DNA from: an uncultured Myxococcales bacterium
GTDB lineage: Bacteria; Myxococcota_A; UBA9042
NCBI GenBank assembly: GCA_937910235.1
Contig: CALENB010000330.1
Coordinates: 2,030 to 66,029, forward strand
DNA length: 64,000 nt
Direction of reading: 5' to 3'
Position numbers and translations under genes: made by a program. Below are positions 1 through 10,256 of the stretch, one piece after another (position 1 is the first letter of the stretch; every line of letters begins with the position of its first letter). Below the pieces are notes generated by a model. That model saw only the letters and a program-made list of their open reading frames with translations. It did no database searches and was not told where the DNA came from.

Positions 1-180
1 GAATCACGGGCGGGTTGTAGCGGATCGGCCGCGCGCCGGAAAGCGGCAACACCAAGCGCCCGGCAGGCCGTCGTCTTGACCGGCTCGGGTCACGAAGCTA
101 CCGTTCGGTCGTTCCGCGAGATGAAACGTCTACATTCGCAGGACTTTTTCGCATCGCACACGTCGTACCAGTCGGAGACC

Positions 181-984
181 ATGCAGTACCGCCCCGCCCT
201 CGCCAGTTTCGTCTCGCTCCTCGTCCTCTTCAGCGCCGTCGCCGCCTGCAGCGGTCAGCACCTGAAGGACCCAGATGGCGACGGAGTCCGCGCCAGCGCG
301 CGCCCGTTCTTGAAGGGTGGACCCACTGAGGACCATCTCAACACCCGCATCGGCGACCGCGAGGACTGGCGGTTCATTCAGCCGGCTCGGAAGGGTCAGA
401 TGGAGATGCGGATCTCGGTCGGCAAGTGGAAGGAGTCGACGGTGAAGGGACACGTCACCATCTTCACGGAAGTGGGTGACCGCATCGCGGAGAAGCCGAT
501 GCCCGAGGGCAGCGGCACGATGAAGTTCCGCTTCGATGTTGAGAACGACATGCGCTACCTCGTTCGATTCCGAGCCAACGTGGGGCTCGGCGAATACGCA
601 GTGGAGGTTGATTTTGCGCGGAGCGTCTGCGACTCGTGCACGTCCGACCAGCTGTGCGAGAACGAGAAGTGCGTCGCGAAGCCGGTGGTCGTCGTCAAGC
701 CCAAGCCTAGCAGCGGGCATCGGTCGCCGAAGCCGAAGCCGAAGCCAAAGAAGGCAGCCGGCATCACCTGCAAGGTCATCGACGCGCGCGTGAAGGGGAC
801 CGGCTCGCTGTTAACGCTCACGGCCGGTGACAACAAGGGTGTGAAGAAGGGGATGACCGGCACCATCCATGGCCTGCGCGGTGGTAATTTTCGCGTGATT
901 GCGGTCTACCCGACGCGCTCGAAGGCCGCCTGCAAACTGCCGCCAAACAAGATCTACGGTCACACTACGGCGACGATCCGCTAG
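181..984 (+). CDS. lipoprotein with PK-repeat (PKPKPKPKK) segment, function unknown
   Basis: ATG at 181 gives MQYRPALASFVSLLVLFSAVAAC: charged n-region, hydrophobic core, lipobox VAAC. Normal amino-acid composition versus R/A-rich antisense ORF 130..720. Confidence 0.55.
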   Translation: MQYRPALASFVSLLVLFSAVAACSGQHLKDPDGDGVRASARPFLKGGPTEDHLNTRIGDREDWRFIQPARKGQMEMRISVGKWKESTVKGHVTIFTEVGDRIAEKPMPEGSGTMKFRFDVENDMRYLVRFRANVGLGEYAVEVDFARSVCDSCTSDQLCENEKCVAKPVVVVKPKPSSGHRSPKPKPKPKKAAGITCKVIDARVKGTGSLLTLTAGDNKGVKKGMTGTIHGLRGGNFRVIAVYPTRSKAACKLPPNKIYGHTTATIR

Positions 985-990
985 GGCGAC

Positions 991-2727
991 GTGCGGACCG
1001 CCGTCGCCATGGTCTCCTGGGTCTCTGCCACAGCGCCAAGCCGGCTCGCGTTCGCGCTGAGTCTGCTGCTGGTCGCCGCGTGCTGTAGCCGTCAACACCC
1101 CGTCACATCTGGCGCCCAGGCCAACCACGCGGCTGCTCGGGGCACTTCAGGTGCGTCCGGTGCCAAGCGTTCGCGTTCCCAGCCTGCCCCGGCGTCCCTC
1201 ACCGCCGTCCCTCACGTGACGCTGGTCGCGTTGTCGGATTGGCAGGGGGTCATCAAACCTTGTGGCTGCACCGAAGAGCTGCAGCGCGGCGGTGTCGAGC
1301 GGATCGCGGCGTGGCTGACCGATCTGCGCAAACAGGACGACTCCGTGGTGCTGGTGCACGCTGGCGCCGCCCTCGCCGAGGACGACCCGCCGCATCGAGG
1401 CCAAGAGCAGCAGCGGCTCGAGCGCGCTGCGACGTTTTCCACCATTCTGGCGACGCTCAACGTGGCCGCGGTCGCGCTATCGAGCGAGGATCTCAGTCGC
1501 GCCGGTGTCGGCACGCTCGTCGAATCGGGCGCTTGGCCTGTGGTGTCGGCGGGGTGGACCGGCGGCATCAAGCGGGTCGTCGCGCACCGCATCGTCACCA
1601 CCGGCAGCGGGCTGAAGGTCGGGATCTTCGGGCTCGACCCGAAGGCGGGGGATCTGGCGCGGGCGAAGGCGCTCGCTACGGAGCAGGTCGCGCTGCTGCG
1701 TGGCCAAGGGGTGCAGATCGTCGTCGCGCTCAGTAATTTGGGGATGCGTGACAGCCGCCGGGTCGCCCGCGCGGTGCAGGGCCTCGACGCCGTTGTGCTC
1801 GGGCGTGTGCCGCCCAAGACCGAGCCGGTGCTGGAAGGTGAGCAGGACGGCGACGCGTGGATGCTCATGGCGCCGCGCCATGGTGCCTACATGGCGACGC
1901 TGACACTCGCGGTGAATGGCGCCGAGTCGTTGAAAGACGCAGGGCCGTGGCAAGACGCGACCGCCTGGCTCCCCGGGGCGGTCCAGGGCTTGACGCAGCG
2001 CATCGCCGCGCTTGAAGCCGACCTGAAACGGTACCGCGGCCCCGGTCAAACTGTGGCCACGCGTCGCGCGCTCCCCTTCTTTGAGCGACAGCTACAGGAG
2101 CTCACGAGAGCCCGGGATCGCGCCGCCACAGCGCAGGGGCGACCGCTCCCGACCGGTCGCGTGGCCGGCTACGCGTCCGTCGGCCTCGCGTGGTCAAGAC
2201 CCACCGATCCTGCCGTCGTCGCGCTGGTCAAAGCCTACGACGCCAAGGTGGGCGCCATGAACGCGAAGCTCGCCAAAGACCCGGTGCCGGCGCTGGCCGG
2301 TCAGGCGACCTATCTCGGCGAGGCGGTGTGCACGAGCTGCCACCAGGGCCCCTTACGGTGGGCCCAGCACGACAAGCATCACGACGCCTGGGAGACGCTC
2401 GAGAAGGCTGGAAAAACCTTTGATCTGGACTGCGTGCCGTGCCATGTCACAGGCTGGCAGGAGCCCGGCGGTAGCGCGTTTGGTAACCTCGATCGGTTCG
2501 CGCGAGTGCAGTGCGAGGCGTGCCACGGCCCCGGCTCGATGCACCTCGCCGCCGCCGTCAAGAAAGGCCCGAAGAGCGGCATCATGCGGCAGCCCGGCGC
2601 GGCGGTCTGCCAGAAATGTCACACGCCTGAACACGCGCCACGGTTCTTGTTTCGAGACTACGCGCCGCGCCTCAGCGCCCCGGGCCACGGGCTTGCCGAC
2701 GTGCCGCCGCCCGCCAAGGCGAAGTAG
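991..2727 (+). CDS. multiheme c-type cytochrome lipoprotein (four CxxCH motifs in C-terminal half)
   Basis: Heme motifs CTSCH, CVPCH, CEACH, CQKCH. N-terminal signal with lipobox LLLVAACCS. GTG start at 991 or ATG at 1009. Confidence 0.7.
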   Translation: MRTAVAMVSWVSATAPSRLAFALSLLLVAACCSRQHPVTSGAQANHAAARGTSGASGAKRSRSQPAPASLTAVPHVTLVALSDWQGVIKPCGCTEELQRGGVERIAAWLTDLRKQDDSVVLVHAGAALAEDDPPHRGQEQQRLERAATFSTILATLNVAAVALSSEDLSRAGVGTLVESGAWPVVSAGWTGGIKRVVAHRIVTTGSGLKVGIFGLDPKAGDLARAKALATEQVALLRGQGVQIVVALSNLGMRDSRRVARAVQGLDAVVLGRVPPKTEPVLEGEQDGDAWMLMAPRHGAYMATLTLAVNGAESLKDAGPWQDATAWLPGAVQGLTQRIAALEADLKRYRGPGQTVATRRALPFFERQLQELTRARDRAATAQGRPLPTGRVAGYASVGLAWSRPTDPAVVALVKAYDAKVGAMNAKLAKDPVPALAGQATYLGEAVCTSCHQGPLRWAQHDKHHDAWETLEKAGKTFDLDCVPCHVTGWQEPGGSAFGNLDRFARVQCEACHGPGSMHLAAAVKKGPKSGIMRQPGAAVCQKCHTPEHAPRFLFRDYAPRLSAPGHGLADVPPPAKAK

Positions 2728-2758
2728 CCTGCTCGGTCGCTCCCACCCGGCGCGACCC

Positions 2759-3628
2759 CTAGCGACACCTATCGTGTGGTGGGCAGCGCAACCGCACGTG
2801 CACGTGGTCGGCGTGGCCGCTGGCGTGGCGGATGATGCCGCGGCGCGCGGTGCGACCCGCCGGAAACTGAAAGATGCGGTCCAACGTCGGCTGTGGCACG
2901 CCTTCGCGCTCCAGATGACGGTGGAAGCGAACCTGAAGCTCGTAGTCCATGAACATGTACTGAACTTGGCCTGACGAGAGCAACGCGCCCAACAAGGCCC
3001 AGGTCTTGACCACGTCGAGGTTGCCCGCGTGCATGGGCCGAAACTGCGACAGGCGGCGGTTGTCGCTGGCGAAATAGCCGATGTCGATGTCGCGCCCGCT
3101 CTGATGGCTGCCATGGCCTCGGAGCTTGCCGCCGTTGCGCTTGGAGAGCGCGCCGATCACGACGGGCGCGGTGCGCGGGTACAGCGTCGCCACCGCGCGC
3201 GTGGCCCACTGCAGGAGCGCTACGGTCTCCTCTGTGGCCCATCCGGCCGAGTTACGTCGCACATAGCCGGCGCCCTTGGCTGGCAGCAGGCAGCCGTGGT
3301 CGAGGCGTCCGTCCGTGGCTGCGCCGATCGAGCGCGTCGGCCCTGTGGGTGGCGCCGCGCATCGCGCCGGCTGCATCTTTGGGCCGCGGGAGTCGGTCGC
3401 TGCCTTGGCGCGGTGCGGCGTCTCCACTGCGTCGGCGTCCACCGATGTGCGCGCCCTATCTGGTGAGTCGGGCTCGTCCGGCGCGAACACCATGTGGTCC
3501 ACGTACCTCGGCGGGCGCACCTGCGGACCCGGACCGCAGGCCGACGCCGCAGCCACAAGCGCCGTCACCGCGACGCCAACCCAGGCACGCCGAGGCGCCG
3601 GTGGCCGAGGCCGCGCGGAGATCGTCAA
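2759..3628 (-). CDS. mepA: penicillin-insensitive murein endopeptidase (MepA-like, peptidase M74)
   Basis: Signal peptide, and motif HGSHQSGRDIDIGYF characteristic of MepA metal site. Start ATG overlaps ptsI stop (ATGA). Confidence 0.6.
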   Translation of the reverse strand: MTISARPRPPAPRRAWVGVAVTALVAAASACGPGPQVRPPRYVDHMVFAPDEPDSPDRARTSVDADAVETPHRAKAATDSRGPKMQPARCAAPPTGPTRSIGAATDGRLDHGCLLPAKGAGYVRRNSAGWATEETVALLQWATRAVATLYPRTAPVVIGALSKRNGGKLRGHGSHQSGRDIDIGYFASDNRRLSQFRPMHAGNLDVVKTWALLGALLSSGQVQYMFMDYELQVRFHRHLEREGVPQPTLDRIFQFPAGRTARRGIIRHASGHADHVHVRLRCPPHDRCR

Positions 3629-5238
3629 CAGCCGTCGCCACCAAGCCGGTCCATGGCGCGGTACACCGGCGCGGCGAGGCGGGGCGCGAGCGACAGCTCA
3701 CGGAGCCCGGTGCCAAAGAGCACCTCCGTGGCGACCGGATCGGACGCCAACTCGCCGCACAGGCTCACGTCGATGCCGGCCCGCGCGCCCGCTTGCACCA
3801 CCAGCGTGATCGCGCGCAGCAGCGCGTCGTGTGGCAGAGGCGTCGGGGGGCCGCGCCTAGCGCTGTCGCGGCGGCGCGCGAGCAGGAGCGCGTTCAAGTC
3901 GTTGCTGCCGATGGCCAGGAAGTCCGCGTGCGTGACCAGCTCGTCGAGCATGAACAGCAACGCCGGCACCTCGACCATCGCGCCGATCTCGATTGCCTTG
4001 GTGATCCCGAAGTGCCGCTGCGCCGCAGCGACCTTCGCGCGCACCCAGTTCAGCTCGGCGGGGTCCGTCACGAAAGGGACCAGGATGCGTAGATGGCCTG
4101 CCGGCGCCGCCCGCACCAGCGCTCGAATCTGGGTCTCTAGCAGCTCTGGCCGCTCGAAACGCAGTCGAATCCCACGACACTCGCCAAGGCCGCGCAACGC
4201 CTCTGGGAGCTCCTCGTCCTCAAAAGGGCCGGACAGATCGACCAACCGGATCGCAACGGTCTCCGGGGCAAAGTCGGCTAGGACCGCGGAGAACTTCTGC
4301 GTGAGCTCGTCTTCCGTCGGGAGGTCCGGTCGGCCGAGGTAGAGAAAAAACGTCCGCCACAAGCCGACCCCGGTGGTGCCGTGCGCGCGCGCCCACTCCG
4401 CGTCCAAGCGCAGGTCCAGATTCGCGCGTAGGCGCATCGCCGGCGCGCCCAGGCGGGTGTGCGGCGGCGTGCCGGTCGCGCCGAGCGTCGCCGCGGGTTG
4501 GCGTGCGCCTTCGCTGAGCAACTCGACCTCGCCAGAGTCCCCGTCCAGCGCGATGAGTTGGTCGGTGGCGACTGCGCGGCGCACGCCATGTAGGCCCGTG
4601 GCGGCCGGCAATCCGGCAGATCGGCACAGCACCGCGACGTGGGACGTGAGCGAGTCCGTCTCAAGCACAATCCCGGCCGCGCCGCGTTGGATGAGCGTGA
4701 TCACGTCGCTGATCGTCAGGGAGTCGGCGAGGACAATGTCGCCGCGGTCGCACTCGAGGTAGCGCCACGGCGACTGCCCGATCAGCTGCGCCATCAGCTC
4801 GCCGCAGAGCCCTTCGACGTCGCGAAACCAGCCTCTAAACTCCGGTCGGGTGAGGGCGGCGAAATGTGAACGCAGATCGTCGAGCGTGCGCTCGAGCGCC
4901 CACTCCGCGAGCAGCCCCTCGTCCCGTACGCGTGCCATCGCCGCGCCAATGAACAGCGGATCGGTCAGCACCGCGTGATGGCTCGCGACGAGGGCCTGCA
5001 CCAGATCGCCCGCATCCGTGATGCCACCGGCCATGAGCAGGTTCTCAGACTGGCGCAGCCCGCCATCGACAACATCGATGGCCTCCTGCAGCCGCGCCAC
5101 CTCAGCTTGGCGCTTGGCCGCGCCCATAACGGTCCGTTGCGCAACCCTGCGTTGGCGAGAGCGCACGACATGCGCGGGCCCCACCGCTCGACCTGGGGCG
5201 CTTGGCGTGCCTAGCCAGCGCTCAGCCACGGGCACCAC
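3625..5238 (-). CDS. ptsI: phosphoenolpyruvate-protein phosphotransferase (PTS enzyme I)
   Basis: Phospho-histidine region LETDSLTSHVAVLCRSAGLPAATG. PEP-utilizing C-terminal AIGSNDL motif. ~537 aa. Confidence 0.85.
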   Translation of the reverse strand: MVPVAERWLGTPSAPGRAVGPAHVVRSRQRRVAQRTVMGAAKRQAEVARLQEAIDVVDGGLRQSENLLMAGGITDAGDLVQALVASHHAVLTDPLFIGAAMARVRDEGLLAEWALERTLDDLRSHFAALTRPEFRGWFRDVEGLCGELMAQLIGQSPWRYLECDRGDIVLADSLTISDVITLIQRGAAGIVLETDSLTSHVAVLCRSAGLPAATGLHGVRRAVATDQLIALDGDSGEVELLSEGARQPAATLGATGTPPHTRLGAPAMRLRANLDLRLDAEWARAHGTTGVGLWRTFFLYLGRPDLPTEDELTQKFSAVLADFAPETVAIRLVDLSGPFEDEELPEALRGLGECRGIRLRFERPELLETQIRALVRAAPAGHLRILVPFVTDPAELNWVRAKVAAAQRHFGITKAIEIGAMVEVPALLFMLDELVTHADFLAIGSNDLNALLLARRRDSARRGPPTPLPHDALLRAITLVVQAGARAGIDVSLCGELASDPVATEVLFGTGLRELSLAPRLAAPVYRAMDRLGGDGC

Positions 5239-5527
5239 GACTCTCCCACGACCACTGCTCGTCGAACCCCTGCGCGATCAGCTCCGCGAGCGCGTCCAGC
5301 GCCTCGTCGGCGCCTGGGCCACGCGCCACCAGGACCAGGTCAGTCCCCTGCACGGCCTCCAACATGAGCAGGGACAGGATGCTGCGGCCGTCGACCTCTT
5401 CGCCGCGGCAGCGGACCCGAACTCTGGCGGAGAACTGACGCGCGAGCGCGACGAAGCGCCCCGCAGGCCTCGCGTGCATGCCGCGCGGGTTCACGATGCG
5501 CGCGCGGCGCTCGACGGTCTCGGTCAC
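5222..5527 (-). CDS. ptsH: phosphocarrier protein HPr
   Basis: VNPRGMHARPAGRFV (His15 region) and SILSLLML (Ser46 region), typical HPr. Overlaps ptsI start. Confidence 0.8.
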   Translation of the reverse strand: MTETVERRARIVNPRGMHARPAGRFVALARQFSARVRVRCRGEEVDGRSILSLLMLEAVQGTDLVLVARGPGADEALDALAELIAQGFDEQWSWESRGARG

Positions 5528-6453
5528 CGCGGGCCCCGTCCAGGGGCGGCATCTGCGCCGTCGTTAGTCCGAGGAGCGGCCTCGTCCTCGGCTAGCTCTG
5601 GCTTGTCGCGATGAGCGACGGTGACGACGGCGATCCGCAGGGTCCGAATGTGCCCCGCCAGGGCCTCTGCCAGCGCCACGGAGCGGTGTTGACCGCCGGT
5701 GCAGCCAATCGCGACCGTCACCAAGGCGCGCCCTTCAGCGCGATGCGACGGCAACGTATGATCGAGCAGCTTGATCATGTGCTGCAGATAGACGTCGCCG
5801 CCTGCCGACTCCATCACGTAATCACGCACCTCACGGCTCAACCCGGTGTGCGGTCGCAGCGCCGGAACAAAGTGCGGGTTGGCCAAGCAGCGGACATCAA
5901 AAACATAGTCCGAATCTCGCGGCAGCCCGTGTTTGAAGCCGAAGCTGCGCACCGCCACCCGCATCGTCCCAACGTCATCGTCACCACCGAAAAGCTCACC
6001 GATACGGGCTTTCAGCTCGTGCACGTTGAGTTCACTGGTGTCGATCATGAGGGCTGTACGCTCCCTCAGCATGAGCATGCGTCCGCGCTCTGTTCGGATC
6101 GCGTCGGCGATCGAGCTCGCCGCCAGCACGGGGTGTTTACGCCGCGTCTCTGCAAAACGTCGGATCAAGACGTCGTCGGCGCAGTCCACGAACAAGAACT
6201 CAACATGTACGCCAGCGGCGTCGAGCGTGTGCAGCGCAGCGTCCATGTCGTCGAGGAACGCGCCAGCTCGCACGTCGATCCCGACCGCCAGCGGCTGGGG
6301 TTCCGTGCGGTCGCGCATGGCGTCGTACAGATCTGCGAGCAGCTGTGCGGGTAGGTTGTCGACACAGAACCAACCGAGATCCTCGAGGGCCCGCAGGCAG
6401 GTCGACCGGCCCGAGCCGCTGATCCCAGTTACTACTAGCAGGCGGCCCTTCAT
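5524..6453 (-). CDS. rapZ: RNase adapter protein RapZ (YhbJ)
   Basis: N-terminal P-loop LLVVTGISGSGRSTCLRALEDLGWFCVDNLP, diagnostic of RapZ. ATGA coupling with ptsH and ptsN. Confidence 0.85.
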   Translation of the reverse strand: MKGRLLVVTGISGSGRSTCLRALEDLGWFCVDNLPAQLLADLYDAMRDRTEPQPLAVGIDVRAGAFLDDMDAALHTLDAAGVHVEFLFVDCADDVLIRRFAETRRKHPVLAASSIADAIRTERGRMLMLRERTALMIDTSELNVHELKARIGELFGGDDDVGTMRVAVRSFGFKHGLPRDSDYVFDVRCLANPHFVPALRPHTGLSREVRDYVMESAGGDVYLQHMIKLLDHTLPSHRAEGRALVTVAIGCTGGQHRSVALAEALAGHIRTLRIAVVTVAHRDKPELAEDEAAPRTNDGADAAPGRGPR

Positions 6454-6932
6454 TCGAGCTCCGTGCGTTCCGGTCGGGGTGGGGTTCCGGTCGCCTCTAG
6501 AATCACGCCGTAGGCCTCCTGCGACGTCTTGGCGGCGAGGAGCGCGCTCCGGACCTCTGGCGAGCGTACCAAACGAGCGACCCGGGCGAGAAGACGTAAG
6601 TGCAGCGCCTGCGCATCCGCCGGCGCGAGGACGGCAAACACGAGCGCTACTGGCAGATCGTCCACGGCGTCGAATGGAACGGGGCGCGCCATGCGCAGCA
6701 GCGCGACGCGCGGCGCCGTGATGAGCGTCGTCGATGCGTGCGGGATCGCGACGCCTTCGCCGACGCCCGTCGAAGCCACCTTCTCGCGCGCAACCAACAG
6801 CGCCTCGATCGCGCCGGCCGGCAGCGCGTCGCCGAGCACGTTCGCCGCGTGGCCGAGCACCGCGGCTTTGTCGGGCGCTGGCACGTCGAGAAAGATGTCT
6901 TGTGACCGCAGGAAGCGCGTCAACTCAACCAC
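6450..6932 (-). CDS. ptsN: PTS IIA-like nitrogen regulatory protein PtsN (EIIA-Ntr)
   Basis: EIIA-Fru/Ntr fold motifs (IPHAST region GVAIPHAS). Position immediately downstream of rpoN. Confidence 0.75.
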   Translation of the reverse strand: MVELTRFLRSQDIFLDVPAPDKAAVLGHAANVLGDALPAGAIEALLVAREKVASTGVGEGVAIPHASTTLITAPRVALLRMARPVPFDAVDDLPVALVFAVLAPADAQALHLRLLARVARLVRSPEVRSALLAAKTSQEAYGVILEATGTPPRPERTELE

Positions 6933-6985
6933 GCCGACCTCCTCTCGTCATCACCGCGCTGGGGCGGGTCGCGCGCTGGGTCTGC

Positions 6986-8698
6986 CTAAAACATCGCCCG
7001 GCGCCGCGATGAGGACGCAATGTTCATCGCCTCGCGGTATTTGGCAACCGTCCGCCGCGCGATGTTCATGCGCTTCTCGGGCAACACGCCAGCAAGTTCA
7101 GCGTCTTCGGCATCGAGCCGCGACAGCAACTTGCCTCGGTCCCACTTGCCCTGCAGCACCTCGGCGATCTCCTGATCGCTCAGAGGCGACTTGACGATCT
7201 CATGACCGATGAGCTTGCCGATCGCGAACTTGACCGCCTCGCTCGCCATGTCGTCGCCGGTGCGCGTCTCGATGCGACTGTTGAAGAAGTACTTCAGCTC
7301 GAAGATGCCCTGGGGCGTGTGCACGTACTTTGACGTGGTCACGCGCGACACAGTCGATTCGTGCAGCCCCACATCGTCGGCGACCTGGCGCAGCACCAAG
7401 GGCCGCAGCTGCGACACGCCGTGCTCCAAGAACGGCCGCTGAAACCGCATGATCGACTCCGTCACCTTCTGAATCGTGTTTTGCCGCTGCTGGATGCTGC
7501 GGATCATCCACACCGCCTGGCGCATCTTCTCTTGCAGGTACTCTTTGGCCTGCTTGTCGCCGTCTTGTCCGCCAGCGAGCGCGTGCTTGTAGAAGTTGGA
7601 TACCCGCAGCTTCGGCAGCCCGTTGTCGTTCACCACGACGGTGTAATCCGCGCCGACCTTGTGCACATACACATCCGGGGTGATGTACCGCGCGTTGCCG
7701 CCGCTGTAGCGACGCCCGGGCCGCGGCTCCAACGTCTGCAGCAGCTCGATCAGCCGCTTGACCTCTTCCGCTTTGAGCTTGAGATCCCGGAGTATTGGCG
7801 CGTTCTTGCGCTTCTCAAGGTTGCCCAGGTGGCGATCGATGAGCCGGTGCAGCATCGGCTCATCCGGGTGCTCAAGCGTCGCCTGCGTCAGCAGACACTC
7901 CCGCAGATCGCGGCTCGCGACCCCCACTGGTTCGCAGCGCTGCAGCACCTTCAGCACCTCGTGCACGTCGTCGATTGACACCGCATGCGCCGCCGCGATG
8001 GCCCGGGTCGAGTTCCCCGGCACGACCACCGGCTTCATCCCGCGGGCTTCGCCTTCCTCGGACCACTCCGTCAGCTCGTCGTCGGTGAGCCACAGCAGTG
8101 ACAGGGTGCCGCGCAGATCTTCGGTCTCGATGCCGCGTTGCTCGGCCTTCCGTTTCAACAGCCGGCGCCCGGCATCCGACCCGCCTCCCAGCTCGAGTCG
8201 GCTCGGTCGGAAGTAGCCGTCGTCATCCAAATTGCCGATCACGTCCTCGGCGATCTCGACGAGCGCGCTGTCCATCCCCGCGAGCTGCTCAAGCAACACC
8301 TCGGACAAGGTCGCATCGCGCGTCAGGGTCTGGTCGAGGGTGGGCAACTCATCGTCGCGAGAGGCGTAGCTTCCGGTCGAGGCGCTCGGCCCGCTCGCGA
8401 GGTCGGCAAAATACTCCTGCCAATCGATCTCCTGCCGCTCTTTCTCCGCGCCTTCGCGCGAGTCGAGGCTCGTCACTTCGCCTTCGCCGCCCGTCACGCT
8501 CGTCGACGACGAGGCGCCATCGTGGGTGCCTTGCTCTTCGAGGAGCGGATTCTCGTTCAGCGTCTCCCGAACCTGTTCGACCAACTCAGTGCGCGAGAGC
8601 TGCAGCAAACGGATCGCCTGCTGCAGCTGCTGCGTCATCACGAGGCGCTGCTCGAGGCGCTGCCCGATGTGGAGGTGGAGGCCTTGCTTGAAGTCCAT
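6986..8698 (-). CDS. rpoN: RNA polymerase sigma-54 factor
   Basis: N-terminal LQQAIRLLQLS glutamine-rich activator-interaction region. C-terminal RpoN box ARRTVAKYRE. Confidence 0.95.
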   Translation of the reverse strand: MDFKQGLHLHIGQRLEQRLVMTQQLQQAIRLLQLSRTELVEQVRETLNENPLLEEQGTHDGASSSTSVTGGEGEVTSLDSREGAEKERQEIDWQEYFADLASGPSASTGSYASRDDELPTLDQTLTRDATLSEVLLEQLAGMDSALVEIAEDVIGNLDDDGYFRPSRLELGGGSDAGRRLLKRKAEQRGIETEDLRGTLSLLWLTDDELTEWSEEGEARGMKPVVVPGNSTRAIAAAHAVSIDDVHEVLKVLQRCEPVGVASRDLRECLLTQATLEHPDEPMLHRLIDRHLGNLEKRKNAPILRDLKLKAEEVKRLIELLQTLEPRPGRRYSGGNARYITPDVYVHKVGADYTVVVNDNGLPKLRVSNFYKHALAGGQDGDKQAKEYLQEKMRQAVWMIRSIQQRQNTIQKVTESIMRFQRPFLEHGVSQLRPLVLRQVADDVGLHESTVSRVTTSKYVHTPQGIFELKYFFNSRIETRTGDDMASEAVKFAIGKLIGHEIVKSPLSDQEIAEVLQGKWDRGKLLSRLDAEDAELAGVLPEKRMNIARRTVAKYREAMNIASSSRRRAMF

Positions 8699-8759
8699 AC
8701 GCGCTGTCCTGATGTGTTGTCGCAGCGCCGTCGCGTCAGCGCCCGCTCTCAGGGGACGG

Positions 8760-8830
8760 GCTCCGAATTGGCACGAATTATAAGCTCATGAAAATGCGTA
8801 ATTTACGCGATTCCACCGGCGCATTGGTCC
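8760..8830. promoter_or_regulatory. AT-rich island in divergent rpoN / dnaJ intergenic region (probable promoter/UP-element region)
   Basis: Local GC drops to ~45% (ggcacgaattataagctcatgaaaatgcgtaatttacgcgattcc) in a ~70% GC background, between two divergent starts. Confidence 0.25.
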
Positions 8831-9046
8831 GGCGTTTGCATGGGCAACCGCTGCAGTCTATCCGCAGCGCTGACTTGCCACAAGGGCGACGTAGGTTGTG
8901 CTCCTGATCACTAGGTCTGCCGACCGATGTTTTCAACGCAAGTCTCGCCCGGCTCGCCTTGACAGTGCCCTGGTCGCCGCCTTCACTTCCGCGGTTCCTG
9001 CGAGCCTCGCTCAGTGGGGTCCCTCATTTGCTGGAGAGCTGCCGGT

Positions 9047-10105
9047 ATGTCCAAGCGCGATTACTACGAGATTCTCGGTGTTGAAAGAGACGCAGACGCC
9101 GGCGCGCTGAAGAAGGTCTTCCGCAAACTTGCGCTGAAGTACCACCCAGATCGAAACCCCGACGATCCGACCGCCGAGGAGTCCTTCAAGGAGGTCGCTG
9201 AAGCCTACGAAGTGCTCGCAGACGCCGACAAACGGTCCCGCTACGACCGCTTCGGTCACGCAGGGCTCGCGGGCGCTGGGCGTGCGCCACCATCGGAAGA
9301 CATCTTCAGCCACTTCGGTGACATCTTCGGCGACATCTTTGGCGGCGGTCGGCGGACCCGAAATCGCGCAGCTCGCGGCAGTGATCTGCGTTACGACCTT
9401 GAGTTAACGCTCGAGGAGGCGGTGCTCGGCGCGAAGCACGAGCTGGTGATTCCGCGTGTGCAGTCGTGTGGCACGTGTGAGGGCAAGGGGTTAAAGGAGG
9501 GGGCTCAAGCCACGACCTGCTCGCAGTGCGACGGCTCCGGCCAGGTCTCGCGCCAGCAAGGCCCGTTCATGTTCTCAATGACCTGTCCGCGGTGCCACGG
9601 CGGCGGCCGCAGCGTCCGCGAGGAAGACAACTGCGGCGACTGCGGCGGCTCGGGCAAGGAGCGGATCGAGCGCAAAGTCAGCGTCCGCGTGCCCCCTGGC
9701 GTCGACACGGGCACGCGGATGCGGGTCTCGGGCGAAGGTGAGGTCGGCGAACGCGGCGGCCCCGCGGGCGATCTCTATGTGGTGTTGGTCGTGCAGCCGC
9801 ACACCAAGTTTGAGCGCGAAGGTGATGACCTCCACACCGAGATCGAGATCGACATCGCCACTGCGGCCCTCGGCGGCAAGACGGACGTCGATTTGATCGA
9901 CGGCGGCACCGACAAGGTGCGACTGCCCGCCGGCGTGCAGCCTGACGAACGGGTCCGCATCCGTGGCAAGGGTGTGCCCCACCTCAACGGTAGCGGCCGC
10001 GGCGACCTGTACGCGCACGTGCGTGTGCGCATTCCGAAGAAGCTGACCCGCGAGCAGCGCAAGTTGTTCGAGAAGCTCGCCGAGACGGGCCTGAGCGCCG
10101 ACTGA
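9047..10105 (+). CDS. dnaJ: chaperone DnaJ
   Basis: J-domain MSKRDYYEILGV...HPD, G/F region, and four CxxCxGxG zinc-finger repeats. ATG at 9047 inside the longer track ORF. Confidence 0.9.
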   Translation: MSKRDYYEILGVERDADAGALKKVFRKLALKYHPDRNPDDPTAEESFKEVAEAYEVLADADKRSRYDRFGHAGLAGAGRAPPSEDIFSHFGDIFGDIFGGGRRTRNRAARGSDLRYDLELTLEEAVLGAKHELVIPRVQSCGTCEGKGLKEGAQATTCSQCDGSGQVSRQQGPFMFSMTCPRCHGGGRSVREEDNCGDCGGSGKERIERKVSVRVPPGVDTGTRMRVSGEGEVGERGGPAGDLYVVLVVQPHTKFEREGDDLHTEIEIDIATAALGGKTDVDLIDGGTDKVRLPAGVQPDERVRIRGKGVPHLNGSGRGDLYAHVRVRIPKKLTREQRKLFEKLAETGLSAD

Positions 10106-10256
10106 TTACGATCGAAATTGGACCAGATTCCGGGTTGACACCGACCTTTTGATGCGCATACTCACGCGCCCCTCGGGCCCTGACCGCTGGAGCTCACGCT
10201 GTGCCGAATGGACAGTTAGAGCGAGGCCAGTAACCCCGACGAATGGAGAAACCAAG

